Assembly: GCA_965220105.1 (NCBI GenBank)
Contig: OZ244811.1
Location: forward strand, 1,895,086-1,959,085
Source: Dehalococcoidia bacterium
GTDB taxonomy: Bacteria > Chloroflexota > Dehalococcoidia > Lucifugimonadales > UBA3495
Direction of reading: 5' to 3'
Length of the DNA: 64,000 bases
The notes beneath the pieces are model-generated. The model was not told where the DNA came from. It did no database searches and saw nothing but the letters and a program-made list of their open reading frames with translations. Positions 9,440 to 21,114 of the stretch are shown in pieces (the stretch's first letter is position 1; each line of letters starts with the position of its first letter). A program made the translations under genes and the position numbers.

Positions 9440-10888
9440 CTACTTGGCAGCAGTGGAGCGTGGCAGCTGGCTGACTCCGGATAGATACTGGTCGATACCC
9501 CGCGCGACGTCCCTGCCTTCCGCAATGGCCCAAACCACCAGCGACTGACCTCGCACCATGTCGCCGCCGGCGAAGATGCCGGGGACTGACGTCATCTTGT
9601 TCGCGTCCACCTGCACGTTGCCACGGCCATCGAGCGCTACCCCGAGCTGTTCCACCATTCCGCCGTGTTCAGGATGCAGAAAGCCCATGGCGAGGAGCAC
9701 CAGGTCGGCGTCGACGGCGAACTCGCTGCCGGGCACCTCGGACATCTGAAAGCGGCCGTCTTCGCCTTTGGTCCAGTCGACGCGAACGGCGTGGAGTCTT
9801 TCAACGCGATCGCCGTCGCCGCTGAAGGATTTGGTGAGAATGTTGTAGTCGCGGATACCGCCTTCCTCGTGGGCGCCGGAGGTTCGCAGGATCAGCGACC
9901 AGTTGGGCCAGGGGTTGTCGTCGGCGCGTTCGGCAGGCGGTTCGGGCAGGAGTTCAAACTGCCGGACAATTTCAGCTCCCTGGCGATGGGCGGTGCCCAG
10001 GCAGTCGGCGCCGGTATCTCCGCCGCCGAGAATGACGACTCGCTTGCCTTCAGCGGAAATCTGGTCGTTGACTGCTTCGCCGGCTAATTTGCGGTTCTGT
10101 TGGGGCAGATACTCCATCGCCAGGTGCACGCCGCTCAGTTCGCGGCCGGGCACGTTCAGGTCCCGAGCCTCGGTGGAACCCCCGGTGAGACAAACTGCGT
10201 CGTATTCTTCCAGGAGCCGCTGCGCCGGGTAATTTATGCCCACGTTGACACCGGTGCGGAACTGGATACCCTCCGCCGCCATCAGGTCGACGCGGCGGCG
10301 TACGACTTCTTTGCTGAGTTTGAAATCTGGGATACCCAACATCAAAAGACCGCCGACGTAATCGGCCCGTTCGAGGACGGTGACCTGATGGCCGGCGCGA
10401 TTCAGTTGCTGGGCGGCGGCCAGGCCCGACGGGCCGCTGCCGACGACGGCCACGGATTTGCCGGTGCGGGTCTCCGGAGGGGATGCCTTGATCCAACCCT
10501 GCTCGAAACCGCGGTCGCTGATCTCTTTTTCGATGTATTCGATAGTCACCGGATCGGCGTTGATACTGAGCACGCAGGATGCTTCGCAGGGGGCGGGGCA
10601 GATGCGTCCGGTGAACTCAGGGAAGTTGTTGGTGCTGAGGAGGACCTCGAGGGCGCGCTCCCAATTTCCCAGGTAGACCTGGTGATTGAAATCCGGTATT
10701 ACGTTGCCCAGCGGGCAGCCCATGTGACAGAAGGGCACGGCGCAGTCCATGCACCGCCCGCCCTGTTCGGTTGCCTGCGCGTCGGACCAACGTTGGTAGT
10801 ATTCCTGGTAGTCGCCAATTCGTTCGGCGGGGGCCTTGCGGTCCGGCGGCTCACGCTCGAACTCCATGAATCCGGTGACTTTACCCAT
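9440..10888 (-). CDS. gltD: Glutamate synthase small subunit
   Basis: Starts MGKVTGFMEF. Cys clusters and GSGPSGLAAA and GGGDTGADC dinucleotide motifs are present. It overlaps the gltB stop by 8 nt. Confidence 0.95.
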   Translation of the reverse strand: MGKVTGFMEFEREPPDRKAPAERIGDYQEYYQRWSDAQATEQGGRCMDCAVPFCHMGCPLGNVIPDFNHQVYLGNWERALEVLLSTNNFPEFTGRICPAPCEASCVLSINADPVTIEYIEKEISDRGFEQGWIKASPPETRTGKSVAVVGSGPSGLAAAQQLNRAGHQVTVLERADYVGGLLMLGIPDFKLSKEVVRRRVDLMAAEGIQFRTGVNVGINYPAQRLLEEYDAVCLTGGSTEARDLNVPGRELSGVHLAMEYLPQQNRKLAGEAVNDQISAEGKRVVILGGGDTGADCLGTAHRQGAEIVRQFELLPEPPAERADDNPWPNWSLILRTSGAHEEGGIRDYNILTKSFSGDGDRVERLHAVRVDWTKGEDGRFQMSEVPGSEFAVDADLVLLAMGFLHPEHGGMVEQLGVALDGRGNVQVDANKMTSVPGIFAGGDMVRGQSLVVWAIAEGRDVARGIDQYLSGVSQLPRSTAAK

Positions 10889-13800
10889 TCTGCACCGCCG
10901 CCAATTCAGCCTCGGCGCGCTGCCGGCGCTCTTCCAGCACGCGACGATAGTCCCGCGGCATGATCTTGCGGAACCGACCGATGCTCTCGGTCCAGTTTTC
11001 CAGAATGCGTCGCGCGGGGCCACTCCCGGTACGTTCCAGGTGTTCCGTCAGCAGGACGTGCAGCAGGTCGATGTCATCCTGCTCGGCCAAGTTTTCCAGG
11101 TCGGCCATGCCACCGTTGAACCTGATGTGGAAATCACCGTCCGGGTCGTAAACGAAGGCGATGCCGCCGCTCATGCCGGCGCCGAAGTTGCGGCCAGCGC
11201 TACCGATGACGGCGACCACCCCGCTGGTCATATATTCGCAGCCGTGATCCCCGACGCCTTCCACCACGGCGCGCGCGCCGCTATTACGGACCGCGAACCT
11301 CTCGCCGGCGCGCCCGCGGATGTACACGTCGCCGCCGGTGGCGCCGTAAAGGGCCACGTTGCCGATGATGATGTTTTCCTCGGGGACGAATCCGGAACCT
11401 TCGGGTGGCACGATAACGATTCGTCCACCGCCGATGCCCTTGCCCATGTAGTCGTTGGTGTCGCCGGCCAGGCTGATTGCTACGCCGGGCGCCAGGAAGG
11501 CGCCGAAGCTTTGACCGCCCGACCCGCTCAGATGGATGTCGATGGTTCCGTCGGGAAGCCCCTGCTCCCCGTACTTGCGCGCCACCCGCCCGCTGAGCAT
11601 CGCGCCCACGGTGCGGTTGGAGTTGCTGACCGGCAGGTCGATGCGAACCGCAACGCCGTTGTCGATGGCGGGTTGCGCCTGGGCGATGAGCTGGTGATCC
11701 AGCGCCCGTTCCAGGCCGTGGTCCTGGTCGATGCAGCAGTAGGTCTGCACACGCTGGGCGCGTGTCGGCATTGCCAGCAGGCGCGCCAGATCGATGCCGG
11801 AGGCCTTCCAGTGATCTACCGCCTGGCGGGTTTCCAGCATGTCCACCCGGCCCACCATTTCCGCTACGGTGCTGAGCCCCAGCTGGGCCATAATTTCCCG
11901 CAACTCTTCCGCCACAAAGTAAAAGTAGTTGACGAGATGACCGGGCTGGCCGGCGAACCGCTTGCGGAGCTCGGGATCCTGGGTGGCGATGCCGACGGAG
12001 CAGGTGTTGAGGTGGCACTTGCGGAGCATGATGCAGCCGTTGACGATGAGGGCAGCGGTGGCCATACCGAATTCTTCAGCGCCCAAAAGGGCGGCAATGG
12101 CGACGTCCCGGCCCGTTTTGAGCTGCCCGTCGGTTTGCACGACGATACGACTGCGGAGGTCGTTGGCGACCAGCACCTGTTGGGTTTCAGCGACGCCCAG
12201 TTCCCAGGGCAGGCCGGCATGTTTGATGGACGATTCCGGTGACGCGCCGGTGCCGCCGTCGTGGCCGCTGATGAGCACCACGTCGCCGTGGCCCTTGGAA
12301 ACACCGGCGGCGATGGTGCCAACTCCCACCTCGGAAACCAGCTTGACGTGGATGCGCGCCTCCGGGTTGATGTTTTTGAGGTCGTGAATCAGCTGGGCCA
12401 GGTCTTCGATGGAGTAGATGTCGTGGTGCGGCGGTGGGGAGATGAGCTCGACGCCCGGGGTGGTGTGGCGGACCCAACCGATGTATTCGTCAACCTTGTG
12501 GCCGGGGAGCTGTCCGCCCTCGCCGGGCTTGGAGCCCTGGGCCATCTTGATCTGCAAGTCGGTGGCGTTGACCAGGTAGTTGGGTGTCACGCCGAAACGC
12601 CCGGAGGCCACCTGCTTGATGGCGCTGGAGCGATTGTCGCCGTTATCGTCGGGGGTGTAGCGATGAAAGTCCTCCCCGCCCTCGCCGGTGTTGCTGCGCG
12701 CGCCCAGCCGGTTCATGGCGATGGCCATGGTCTCGTGGGCCTCGCGGCTGATGGAGCCGAGGGAAATTGCGCCCGTGGCGAACCGCCTCACGATATCCAC
12801 CGCGGGTTCTACGTCGTCGATGGGGATGGACTGGGCCGGTTTGAAATCCATCAGGCCACGCAGGGTCGCCATGGCGCGGCTCTGGTCGTTTACCTGGTCG
12901 GCGAACTCCCGGTAGGCCCGTGGGTCGTTGGATCGGGTGGCGTATTGCAGCTTGGCAATGGCTTCGGGGTTCCACTGGTGGAATTCGCCGTGACGCCGCC
13001 ACTGGTACTGGCCGCCCATCTCCAGTTCCTGCATACCCGGTACGAAGGGGTCGTCGAAAGCCGAACGATGCCGTTCCAGCGCCTCCTCCTCGATGATGTC
13101 CAAGCCGATGCCCTGGATGCGGGAGGGTGTGCCGCCAAAGTAACGGTCGACCACGTCGTCGCGCAGGCCGATGGCCTCGAAGATCTGGGCGCCCCGGTAT
13201 GACTGCACCGTGGAGATTCCCATTTTGGACATCACCTTGAGGATGCCCTTTTCGTTGGCTTTGATGAAGTTGTAGACGGCGTAATCCGGTTCAGTGCCGT
13301 TGAGTTCGCCGCGTTCGGCCAGATCGCGCACGGACTCCAGGGCCAGGTAGGGGTTGATGGCGCCGGCGCCGTAACCGACCAGGAGGCAGATATGCTGTAC
13401 CTCCCGGGGTTCGCCGGATTCGACCACCAGGCCCACGCGAGTACGGGTGCCCTCTCGGGTCAGGTGGTGATGCACCGCCCCGGTGGCAAGCAGGGTTGGA
13501 ATGGGGGCGTGTTGACCATCCACGCCGCGGTCGGAGAGGATGATGATGTTCTTGCCGTCAACGATGGCCTGGGATGCGGCGGCGCACAGGTCTTCCAGCG
13601 CCTGTTCCAGCGATCCGTTGCGGGCATTGAAAAGGGTCGGGATGGTAACGGACGACAGACCGGGCAGGTCCAGGGCGCGGATCTGGGCCAACTCTTCGTC
13701 GGAAAGCAAAGGGCTCTTCAACCGCAACTGCCGGCAGTGCTCGGGCGTTTCGTCGAAGAGGTTCTGCTCGCTGCCCGCGAAGGCTTCCAGCGAGGTGACC

Positions 13801-15428
13801 AGTTCTTCGCGGATTGCATCCAGCGGAGGATTGGAAACCTGAGCGAACAGCTGTTTGAAGTAGTCGAACAGGGACCTATTCTGGTTGGACAGCACGGCCA
13901 GCGAGGCGTCGTTGCCCATCGAGCCGATGGCTTCATACCCGGCCGCGGCCATGGGTGTGGTGAGCATCCGCAGTTCTTCGATGGTGTAGCCGAAGGCGCG
14001 TTGCTGCTGGCGGAGGTTCTCACCACCGGCGGAGATTGCCGGATCGGCGGCCGGCAGGTCTTGCAGAGTGACCTTGTTTGCTTTGAGCCAATCGCCGTAG
14101 GGCCGGCGGCTGGACAGGGTGTGCTTAAGCTCTTCGTCGCCGATGATGCGGCCTTCGTCGAAGCTGACCAGATACATGCGCCCGGGTTGTAGGCGACCCT
14201 TCTCCCGGACGTTTTCGGGAGGGAATTCCAGGACGCCGGTTTCGGAAGCCATCACCAGCTTGTCGTCGTGGGTCACCGTGTAGCGGAAGGGGCGCAGCCC
14301 GTTGCGGTCGAGTACCGCGCAAACATCCTTGCCGTCGGTGGCCAGCATCATGGCCGGGCCGTCCCAGGGCTCCATCATGCAGGAGTGGAATTCATAGAAG
14401 TCCTTTTTCTCCTGTGCCATGGTCTCGTGCTGGTCCCACGCCTCCGGAATCATCATCAGCATGGAGTGGGCCAGCTCCCGACCGGTCATCACCAGCAGTT
14501 CCAGGCAGTTATCGAAGCTGGCGGTGTCGCTGGCCTGGGGGTTGCAGATGGGGGCCAGCTTGTGGACGTCATCGCCGAACAGCGGGGACCGGAACTGCTG
14601 CTCGCGAGCGTGCATCCAGTTTATGTTGCCGCGCAGAGTGTTGATTTCGCCGTTGTGGGCCAGGTACCGGTAGGGATGGGCCAGTTTCCAGTGTCCCAGG
14701 GTGTTGGTGCTGAAACGGGAATGGACCAGCGCAAAGGCGGAGACCAGCGCTTCGTTGTTCAAGTCCAGGTAGAACTGGGGCAACTGATGGGAAACCAGCA
14801 GTCCTTTGTACACTACAGTGTTACAACTCAGGCTGCAGATGTAGCAGAAGTCGGCGTCGTCTTCGCTGATGCCGGTGTTTCCCAGCGTATTATCAATGAC
14901 TTTGCGAACGACGTAGAGTTTGCGTTCCAGCGCAGCGCGATCCGGCGTATTGGCGGCGCCTCTGCCGACGAAAAACTGCCGAATGGTGGGACAGACGGCG
15001 CGGGCGTCGGCGCCAATGTAGGCATGATCCAGAGGAACTGCACGCCATCCGAGCATGGTCAGGCCCTCATCGGCCACAACCTGCTCGATGTGCGCAACGA
15101 CAGCGGCCACCGCGTCCGGGTGCTGAGGCAGGAACGCCATGCCGACGCCATACTCTCCCTCGGCGGGCAGCGTGAATCCCAACGGTTGGGTCGCCAGGCG
15201 GAAGAAGGTGTCTGGCATCTGTACCAGAATGCCGGCTCCGTCACCGGTATCCGGGTCGGAGCCGGAGGCGCCCCGGTGGCCGAGATTGACCAGCACCTCC
15301 AGCGATTCTTCGATGATGGCGTGGGTCTTTTCGCCCTTGATGTTAGCGACCATGCCGACGCCACAAGCGTCGTGTTCCTGCTCCGGGGAATACAAACCGG
15401 ATTGAGCTAACTCTTTAAGCGAATTCAT
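10881..15428 (-). CDS. gltB: Glutamate synthase large subunit
   Basis: 1515 aa from MNSLKELAQSGLY. The N-terminal CGVG amidotransferase Cys and the FMN and GXGXG domain motifs are present, and the ORF is uninterrupted. Confidence 0.97.
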   Translation of the reverse strand: MNSLKELAQSGLYSPEQEHDACGVGMVANIKGEKTHAIIEESLEVLVNLGHRGASGSDPDTGDGAGILVQMPDTFFRLATQPLGFTLPAEGEYGVGMAFLPQHPDAVAAVVAHIEQVVADEGLTMLGWRAVPLDHAYIGADARAVCPTIRQFFVGRGAANTPDRAALERKLYVVRKVIDNTLGNTGISEDDADFCYICSLSCNTVVYKGLLVSHQLPQFYLDLNNEALVSAFALVHSRFSTNTLGHWKLAHPYRYLAHNGEINTLRGNINWMHAREQQFRSPLFGDDVHKLAPICNPQASDTASFDNCLELLVMTGRELAHSMLMMIPEAWDQHETMAQEKKDFYEFHSCMMEPWDGPAMMLATDGKDVCAVLDRNGLRPFRYTVTHDDKLVMASETGVLEFPPENVREKGRLQPGRMYLVSFDEGRIIGDEELKHTLSSRRPYGDWLKANKVTLQDLPAADPAISAGGENLRQQQRAFGYTIEELRMLTTPMAAAGYEAIGSMGNDASLAVLSNQNRSLFDYFKQLFAQVSNPPLDAIREELVTSLEAFAGSEQNLFDETPEHCRQLRLKSPLLSDEELAQIRALDLPGLSSVTIPTLFNARNGSLEQALEDLCAAASQAIVDGKNIIILSDRGVDGQHAPIPTLLATGAVHHHLTREGTRTRVGLVVESGEPREVQHICLLVGYGAGAINPYLALESVRDLAERGELNGTEPDYAVYNFIKANEKGILKVMSKMGISTVQSYRGAQIFEAIGLRDDVVDRYFGGTPSRIQGIGLDIIEEEALERHRSAFDDPFVPGMQELEMGGQYQWRRHGEFHQWNPEAIAKLQYATRSNDPRAYREFADQVNDQSRAMATLRGLMDFKPAQSIPIDDVEPAVDIVRRFATGAISLGSISREAHETMAIAMNRLGARSNTGEGGEDFHRYTPDDNGDNRSSAIKQVASGRFGVTPNYLVNATDLQIKMAQGSKPGEGGQLPGHKVDEYIGWVRHTTPGVELISPPPHHDIYSIEDLAQLIHDLKNINPEARIHVKLVSEVGVGTIAAGVSKGHGDVVLISGHDGGTGASPESSIKHAGLPWELGVAETQQVLVANDLRSRIVVQTDGQLKTGRDVAIAALLGAEEFGMATAALIVNGCIMLRKCHLNTCSVGIATQDPELRKRFAGQPGHLVNYFYFVAEELREIMAQLGLSTVAEMVGRVDMLETRQAVDHWKASGIDLARLLAMPTRAQRVQTYCCIDQDHGLERALDHQLIAQAQPAIDNGVAVRIDLPVSNSNRTVGAMLSGRVARKYGEQGLPDGTIDIHLSGSGGQSFGAFLAPGVAISLAGDTNDYMGKGIGGGRIVIVPPEGSGFVPEENIIIGNVALYGATGGDVYIRGRAGERFAVRNSGARAVVEGVGDHGCEYMTSGVVAVIGSAGRNFGAGMSGGIAFVYDPDGDFHIRFNGGMADLENLAEQDDIDLLHVLLTEHLERTGSGPARRILENWTESIGRFRKIMPRDYRRVLEERRQRAEAELAAVQNG

Positions 15429-15543
15429 CGTTACACCCTTGTGAGGTACGCTGCGTTGCCTGACAACCGGCGGTCGGGCAACTCCACCCCCGCTGTGCCG
15501 CTCCCGGTCGTTGCAACACAAAATAATCGTCGCCACGCTAACT

Positions 15544-15559
15544 TGTGTAATATATCACA
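15544..15559. promoter_or_regulatory. CRP/FNR-type palindrome TGTGT-N6-TCACA
   Basis: TGTGTAATATATCACA lies in the divergent gltB/rsfS intergenic region and matches the TGTGA-N6-TCACA consensus at 9 of 10 positions. Confidence 0.35.
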
Positions 15560-15570
15560 AATGATAGGGA

Positions 15571-15599
15571 TTGCAAGGCGTTGCACGGCTCCCTATACT
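15571..15599 (+). promoter_or_regulatory. Sigma70-like promoter upstream of rsfS
   Basis: TTGCAA, a 17-nt spacer, then TATACT. Confidence 0.5.
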
Positions 15600-15654
15600 C
15601 CCGCCAGGGAGCCTGGAGGGCTCAAAAAAAGCACGGATCGCAGGCCATATTGGA

Positions 15655-16038
15655 ATGTCCATGACCAATTTATCGACGACCAATCTATCCACGCACACAC
15701 CGAATGAAATGGCCCGGCTGGCAGTTGACGTGGGAGCGGAGAAACTCGCCACGGATATTGTAATGCTGGACCTTCGGGAGCTGACCGTGTTCACCGATTA
15801 CTTCGTCGTGATGACGGCGGACTCGGTGCGCCAGATAGAAGCGTTGGAGCAGGACCTGTCCGGCGCGATGAAGACTGCGGGCATACCCATCCACCATCGG
15901 GAAGGCACGCCGGCTTCCGGGTGGGTTTTGCTGGATTTCGCCTATGTTGTGATTCACATATTCGGCCCGGAGGAGCGGGAGTTTTTCGGCCTGGAACGGC
16001 TGTGGAACCGGGCGCCCCAGGTGGTCAGGATTCTGTAA
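15655..16038 (+). CDS. rsfS: Ribosome silencing factor RsfS (iojap)
   Basis: Motifs DIVMLDL...TDYFVVMT...GWVLLDF..VVIHIF. The start codon is uncertain (15571, 15655 or 15661). Confidence 0.85.
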   Translation: MSMTNLSTTNLSTHTPNEMARLAVDVGAEKLATDIVMLDLRELTVFTDYFVVMTADSVRQIEALEQDLSGAMKTAGIPIHHREGTPASGWVLLDFAYVVIHIFGPEEREFFGLERLWNRAPQVVRIL

Positions 16039-16477
16039 TCCATTCGTCGGTATCGCGGCTGTAATCCACTCCGGCGTCGGCGCCGAAGAACAGCCCGATT
16101 TCCCTTGCCGCGGACTCCGGGCTGTCGGATCCGTGGACGATATTGCGCCCGATGTTGATGCCAAAATCGCCGCGAATGGTCCCGGGGGCGGCTTCGGCCG
16201 GGTTGGTGGCGCCCATGGTCTGACGAGCCAGGGCGACGGCATTTTCGGCTTCCCAGATCATTGCCACGATGGGGCCGGAGGTGATGAAGGAAACCAGGCC
16301 CGGGAAGAAGGGCCGGTCAACGTGCTCGCCGTAATGTTCCCGGGCCAGCGCATCCTCCACCTGCATGAGTCGGATCGCGACCAGTTTGAGGCCCCGCCGC
16401 TCCAGTCGTGAGATGACTTCGCCGATAATGCCGCGTTGGACACCGTCCGGTTTGATCGCTACAAAGGTTCGTTCCAT
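16025..16477 (-). CDS. ndk: Nucleoside diphosphate kinase
   Basis: [16 protein letters not shown]...NIVHGSDS across 150 aa. Confidence 0.97.
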   Translation of the reverse strand: MERTFVAIKPDGVQRGIIGEVISRLERRGLKLVAIRLMQVEDALAREHYGEHVDRPFFPGLVSFITSGPIVAMIWEAENAVALARQTMGATNPAEAAPGTIRGDFGINIGRNIVHGSDSPESAAREIGLFFGADAGVDYSRDTDEWITES

Positions 16478-16531
16478 AGGATTCCTGTTCTCCTGGATTG
16501 GTCAAAAGTCTGGTTATTGGCGGCGGCCCGG

Positions 16532-17254
16532 CTATGGTCGAGCCGATGCGGGTCTCCCCTGCGCCACCTGGTCGCGCTGTTTGGGCGCGCCGATGCTGGG
16601 CATCCGGAGGTAGTAGGGTTGGAGGTTGTCGAGGTCGTCGGTTTCTCCGTGTTGAACGCATTGGGCGGTACGTGCGGCCAGAGTCCAAAGACGGTCTGCC
16701 GGCGTCCATGGAGCTACGGCACGGGCGGATTCGGCGCCGGATTCCCCGATGGTGTCCGCCAGTCGGTAGGCAGCCTCGCCGCAGTAGGTCGTCGCGCCGG
16801 CAAAGACGGCGTCTCCGGCGATGAGCGTGCCGGGTTCTGCAAGCTCGTCATCACGGATCCGCCTACCCCGGACGTCGAACCAGCCGGCGGCGACCTCATG
16901 GCGGCCAGCATCCAGCCAGGCAACGGTGGCGCCACCCGTATTGAGGTGACGGCCCGCTTCCAGGGCCAGAGTGTCGATGCCCACGATGGGCAGGCCGGCG
17001 GCCATGGCCAAGCCCTTGGCGGCGCTAACGCCCACCCGCAACGCGCTGAACGGGCCCGGCCCCAGGGCAACCCCCACGCCGGCCAGGTCGGAAACCTCGG
17101 CATGACAGGTTTCCAACAACGACGCCACGGCGGGCATCAGCTGCGCGGTGTGGTTGTATTGACTGCGCCACAGGCGGGCTTCCACCACCATGCCGGAGGG
17201 GTCGGCAATGGCGACACCCCCGTAGCGGGACGACGTGTCGATGGCAAGGAGCAT
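16532..17254 (-). CDS. tsaB: tRNA t6A biosynthesis protein TsaB
   Basis: Starts MLLAIDTSS. The FSALRVGVSAAKGLA motif is present, and the start lies 2 nt after the tsaE stop. Confidence 0.85.
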   Translation of the reverse strand: MLLAIDTSSRYGGVAIADPSGMVVEARLWRSQYNHTAQLMPAVASLLETCHAEVSDLAGVGVALGPGPFSALRVGVSAAKGLAMAAGLPIVGIDTLALEAGRHLNTGGATVAWLDAGRHEVAAGWFDVRGRRIRDDELAEPGTLIAGDAVFAGATTYCGEAAYRLADTIGESGAESARAVAPWTPADRLWTLAARTAQCVQHGETDDLDNLQPYYLRMPSIGAPKQRDQVAQGRPASARP

Positions 17255-17256
17255 CG

Positions 17257-17802
17257 TCAAATCCCTGCCGTGCTGCGTCCGGAGAACCGTTCCGCCAGGT
17301 GGTGTAGCAAGGCCACGAACCTGGTTGAAGGACTGCTTAGGGCGAGACTGTGCCGGGCGGGGATGGAGCCGTCTTCGTCGGGCATCACTTCGCACGCTGC
17401 CGCGGCGTCGATAGCGTAGTTCAGCTCGATCCACAGGGCATCGGGCGGGAAAATGTCCGGCGCCCGGTCGGCCCACTCAACGGCGAGAACGTCCTGGCCG
17501 GCGGCGACCACGTCTTCCAATCCCAGGTCCCATGCTTCGGCGGATTGTTCAATGCGATAAAGGTCGGCGTGGTGCAGGGTTAAGCGGCCCCGGTATCGGG
17601 TAACCAGTACGAATGTAGGGCTCCGGGCGTAACCCGGAACGCCGAGACCTCGGGCTATACCCTGAATCAGGCAGGTTTTGCCAGCGCCAAGAGGCCCGGT
17701 CAGCAGGTACACGTCACCGGGGCTGGCGTACTCGCCAATGGCTTCACCGACGGCGCGGGTTGCGGCGGCGGTATCGGTGTGGAGGGTAAGAGTCGGCGAC
17801 AT
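17257..17802 (-). CDS. tsaE: tRNA t6A biosynthesis ATPase TsaE
   Basis: Walker A GPLGAGKT, then SPTF.L...Y and HHADLYR motifs. Confidence 0.85.
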   Translation of the reverse strand: MSPTLTLHTDTAAATRAVGEAIGEYASPGDVYLLTGPLGAGKTCLIQGIARGLGVPGYARSPTFVLVTRYRGRLTLHHADLYRIEQSAEAWDLGLEDVVAAGQDVLAVEWADRAPDIFPPDALWIELNYAIDAAAACEVMPDEDGSIPARHSLALSSPSTRFVALLHHLAERFSGRSTAGI

Positions 17803-17814
17803 AACGTGGGCAGT

Positions 17815-18837
17815 TCAGGAACCGGAGCCGGCAAAGTGGTCCCACCCGGAACCGTCCCTGGAGATGACGTTACCGGCAGAATCACGCACCACCACGTCAC
17901 CGGGCGTTCCGGCGGAAATTTCGCCGATAACCTTCGCCGTGGGGACTTTATCGATCGCCAGGGCCATGACGTCGGGCGGGGCAGTGAACACCAGCACGTA
18001 ATCCTCACCTCCATAGAGGGCCAGCTGTCGCCAGTCTGCCGGGTGGGCGTCCTGGAGTGTAGTGAGGACTGGAACCCGGTCCAGCATTATACCGGCGGCC
18101 ACGCCGCTGGCTTTACAGAGCTTGGCCAGGTCGTCGGCCAGCCCATCGCTCACGTCCATGGCCACGCGGACACCGGCGTCCACGAGAGCCTGCCCTTCGT
18201 TGATGTGTGGCCTGGGACGGCGATGTTGCAGGACCATCGGGTTGTCGGCGAGGTCTGCGGCGTCGGCGTCTGCCAGCAGCAGCTTCAGGCCGCCGGCGGA
18301 ACCACCCACGGGACCGGTGACCGCGACCTGGTGGCCGGGTTGGGCGGCGAACCGCGTCAATGCCGGGCGCTGGGAAACGCCGGTGAGGGCCACCGTTACG
18401 AAGGCGACCGGGGAACTGACCATATCCCCGCCAATGATCCGGACGCCGTATTCGCGGCAGATTGCGTTCATGCCCTGATAGAGTTGCCGAATATGGTCAA
18501 CCAGCGTATGGCCGGGGAGGCCCAAAGTCACCAGCGCCCAGGTTGGCGTACCGCCCATGGCGGCGATGTCGCTGATGTTGGACGCGAGGGACTTCCAGCC
18601 CAGGTCTTCCCACGGCGTCGTTTTACCGGTGAAGTGGATACCGTCGACCATGGTGTCGGTGGTATAGAACTCGGTGACCGGGCTGCGTATGAACGTGCTG
18701 GCGGCGGCATCGTCGCCGTTGTCGATGGTAAGGCAAACCGTACCGTCGCCGGCCAAACCTGCACTGGCGGCGGAGGGTCGGGTCCACTCCTGGACCAGCT
18801 CAATGAGTCCAAATTCTCCCAAGTCGGAAATACGCAT
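17815..18837 (-). CDS. thiL: Thiamine-monophosphate kinase
   Basis: ThiL-type N-terminus MRISDLGEFGLIE and AIR-synthase-like fold motifs across 340 aa. Confidence 0.85.
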   Translation of the reverse strand: MRISDLGEFGLIELVQEWTRPSAASAGLAGDGTVCLTIDNGDDAAASTFIRSPVTEFYTTDTMVDGIHFTGKTTPWEDLGWKSLASNISDIAAMGGTPTWALVTLGLPGHTLVDHIRQLYQGMNAICREYGVRIIGGDMVSSPVAFVTVALTGVSQRPALTRFAAQPGHQVAVTGPVGGSAGGLKLLLADADAADLADNPMVLQHRRPRPHINEGQALVDAGVRVAMDVSDGLADDLAKLCKASGVAAGIMLDRVPVLTTLQDAHPADWRQLALYGGEDYVLVFTAPPDVMALAIDKVPTAKVIGEISAGTPGDVVVRDSAGNVISRDGSGWDHFAGSGS

Positions 18838-18996
18838 GATCAGTGTGGATGATAGCAGAGAGGGGAGGCAAAATCTGCTACTGCGCCGAGCTCGGGGATG
18901 CTACCAGCGGGCAACCCGGCTTACGATCATCATGGTGATTGGGGCTGGTTCCTTGGAGATGCGTAGCCGGCGGCCAAATGCGCGATTTTAACGGTA

Positions 18997-19032
18997 GGCA
19001 AAACTAAACCGGGCCTCTGGTGGGAGGCCCGG
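18997..19032 (-). terminator. Intrinsic terminator downstream of the 16S rRNA
   Basis: Perfect 9-bp stem CCGGGCCTC/GAGGCCCGG (19009-19032) followed on the minus strand by TTTAGTTTTG. Confidence 0.6.
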
Positions 19033-19259
19033 CGATGATTGGCGCTAACGGCTGAGTAGTGAAAGGAAACGAGAAATTTGAGAGTAGATATCCGGCGAGT
19101 TGCCGGAGTTCAACGGATTTTCTCAGGGAACCTGTTCTCTAGGTACGGGAGCCTGAAGGGCTCGACCAGAAGACCCGAGGGACAGGGACATCCGTTGATT
19201 GACCTTGGGAGTGACCTCGTCTGAGTGTTGGAACCACCCCGACGTGGTGTAGGTCTCCC

Positions 19260-20772
<1,513 letters not shown>

Positions 20773-20864
20773 TGTGAACCTTACTCATTTCCTTCCACTA
20801 TTCAGCTGTTAAGGTGCCGACGCTCACCGGAGGTACTCGCCCTCTACGGCGGCTATGTTCGGCA

Positions 20865-20893
20865 ACTGTACTCCATCCGTCTCGCCTTGTCAA
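20865..20893 (-). promoter_or_regulatory. Sigma70-like promoter for the 16S rRNA
   Basis: On the minus strand: TTGACA (20893-20888), a 17-nt spacer, then TACAGT (20870-20865), about 90 nt upstream of the mature 5-prime end. Confidence 0.55.
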
Positions 20894-20934
20894 CACGGGC
20901 CGGACACGGGATTTACACGAACCGCCTCGGCGGC

Positions 20935-20985
20935 CGCCGGGTCTGGAGCGTCGCCGGGTCTGGGGCGTCGCTGGGTCTGGGGCAC
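20935..20985. repeat. Tandem repeat, 3 x 17 bp (CGCCGGGTCTGGRGCGT)
   Basis: Units at 20935-20951, 20952-20968 and 20969-20985, the third degenerate. They lie between the divergent 16S and ssrA promoter candidates. Confidence 0.85.
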
Positions 20986-21062
20986 GGCTCAGGCCATCGG
21001 GGTGCGAACCCCGCCGCAACGCCCGGCCCGCCGCGCCGCCTGGTCCGGCACAGCGGGGAATA

Positions 21063-21071
21063 TGGTAATAT
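21063..21071 (+). promoter_or_regulatory. Possible extended -10 promoter for ssrA (TGgTAATAT)
   Basis: Sequence match only. No good -35 element. Confidence 0.3.
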
Positions 21072-21114
21072 TAATCAACGAAACGCCGGAATACTTCGGC
21101 GTGACGGAAAAGTT

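Noticed and set aside
482-15410. Long antisense or alternative-frame ORFs inside the amidase, LLM, pyk, gltD and gltB genes (for example 482-1603, 4175-4987, 7428-8192, 10836-12242, 12261-13202, 14268-15410)
   Set aside because: These are typical shadow ORFs of GC-rich DNA. They have Arg/Gly/Pro/Ala-rich low-complexity translations, no motifs, and fully overlap strongly supported genes.
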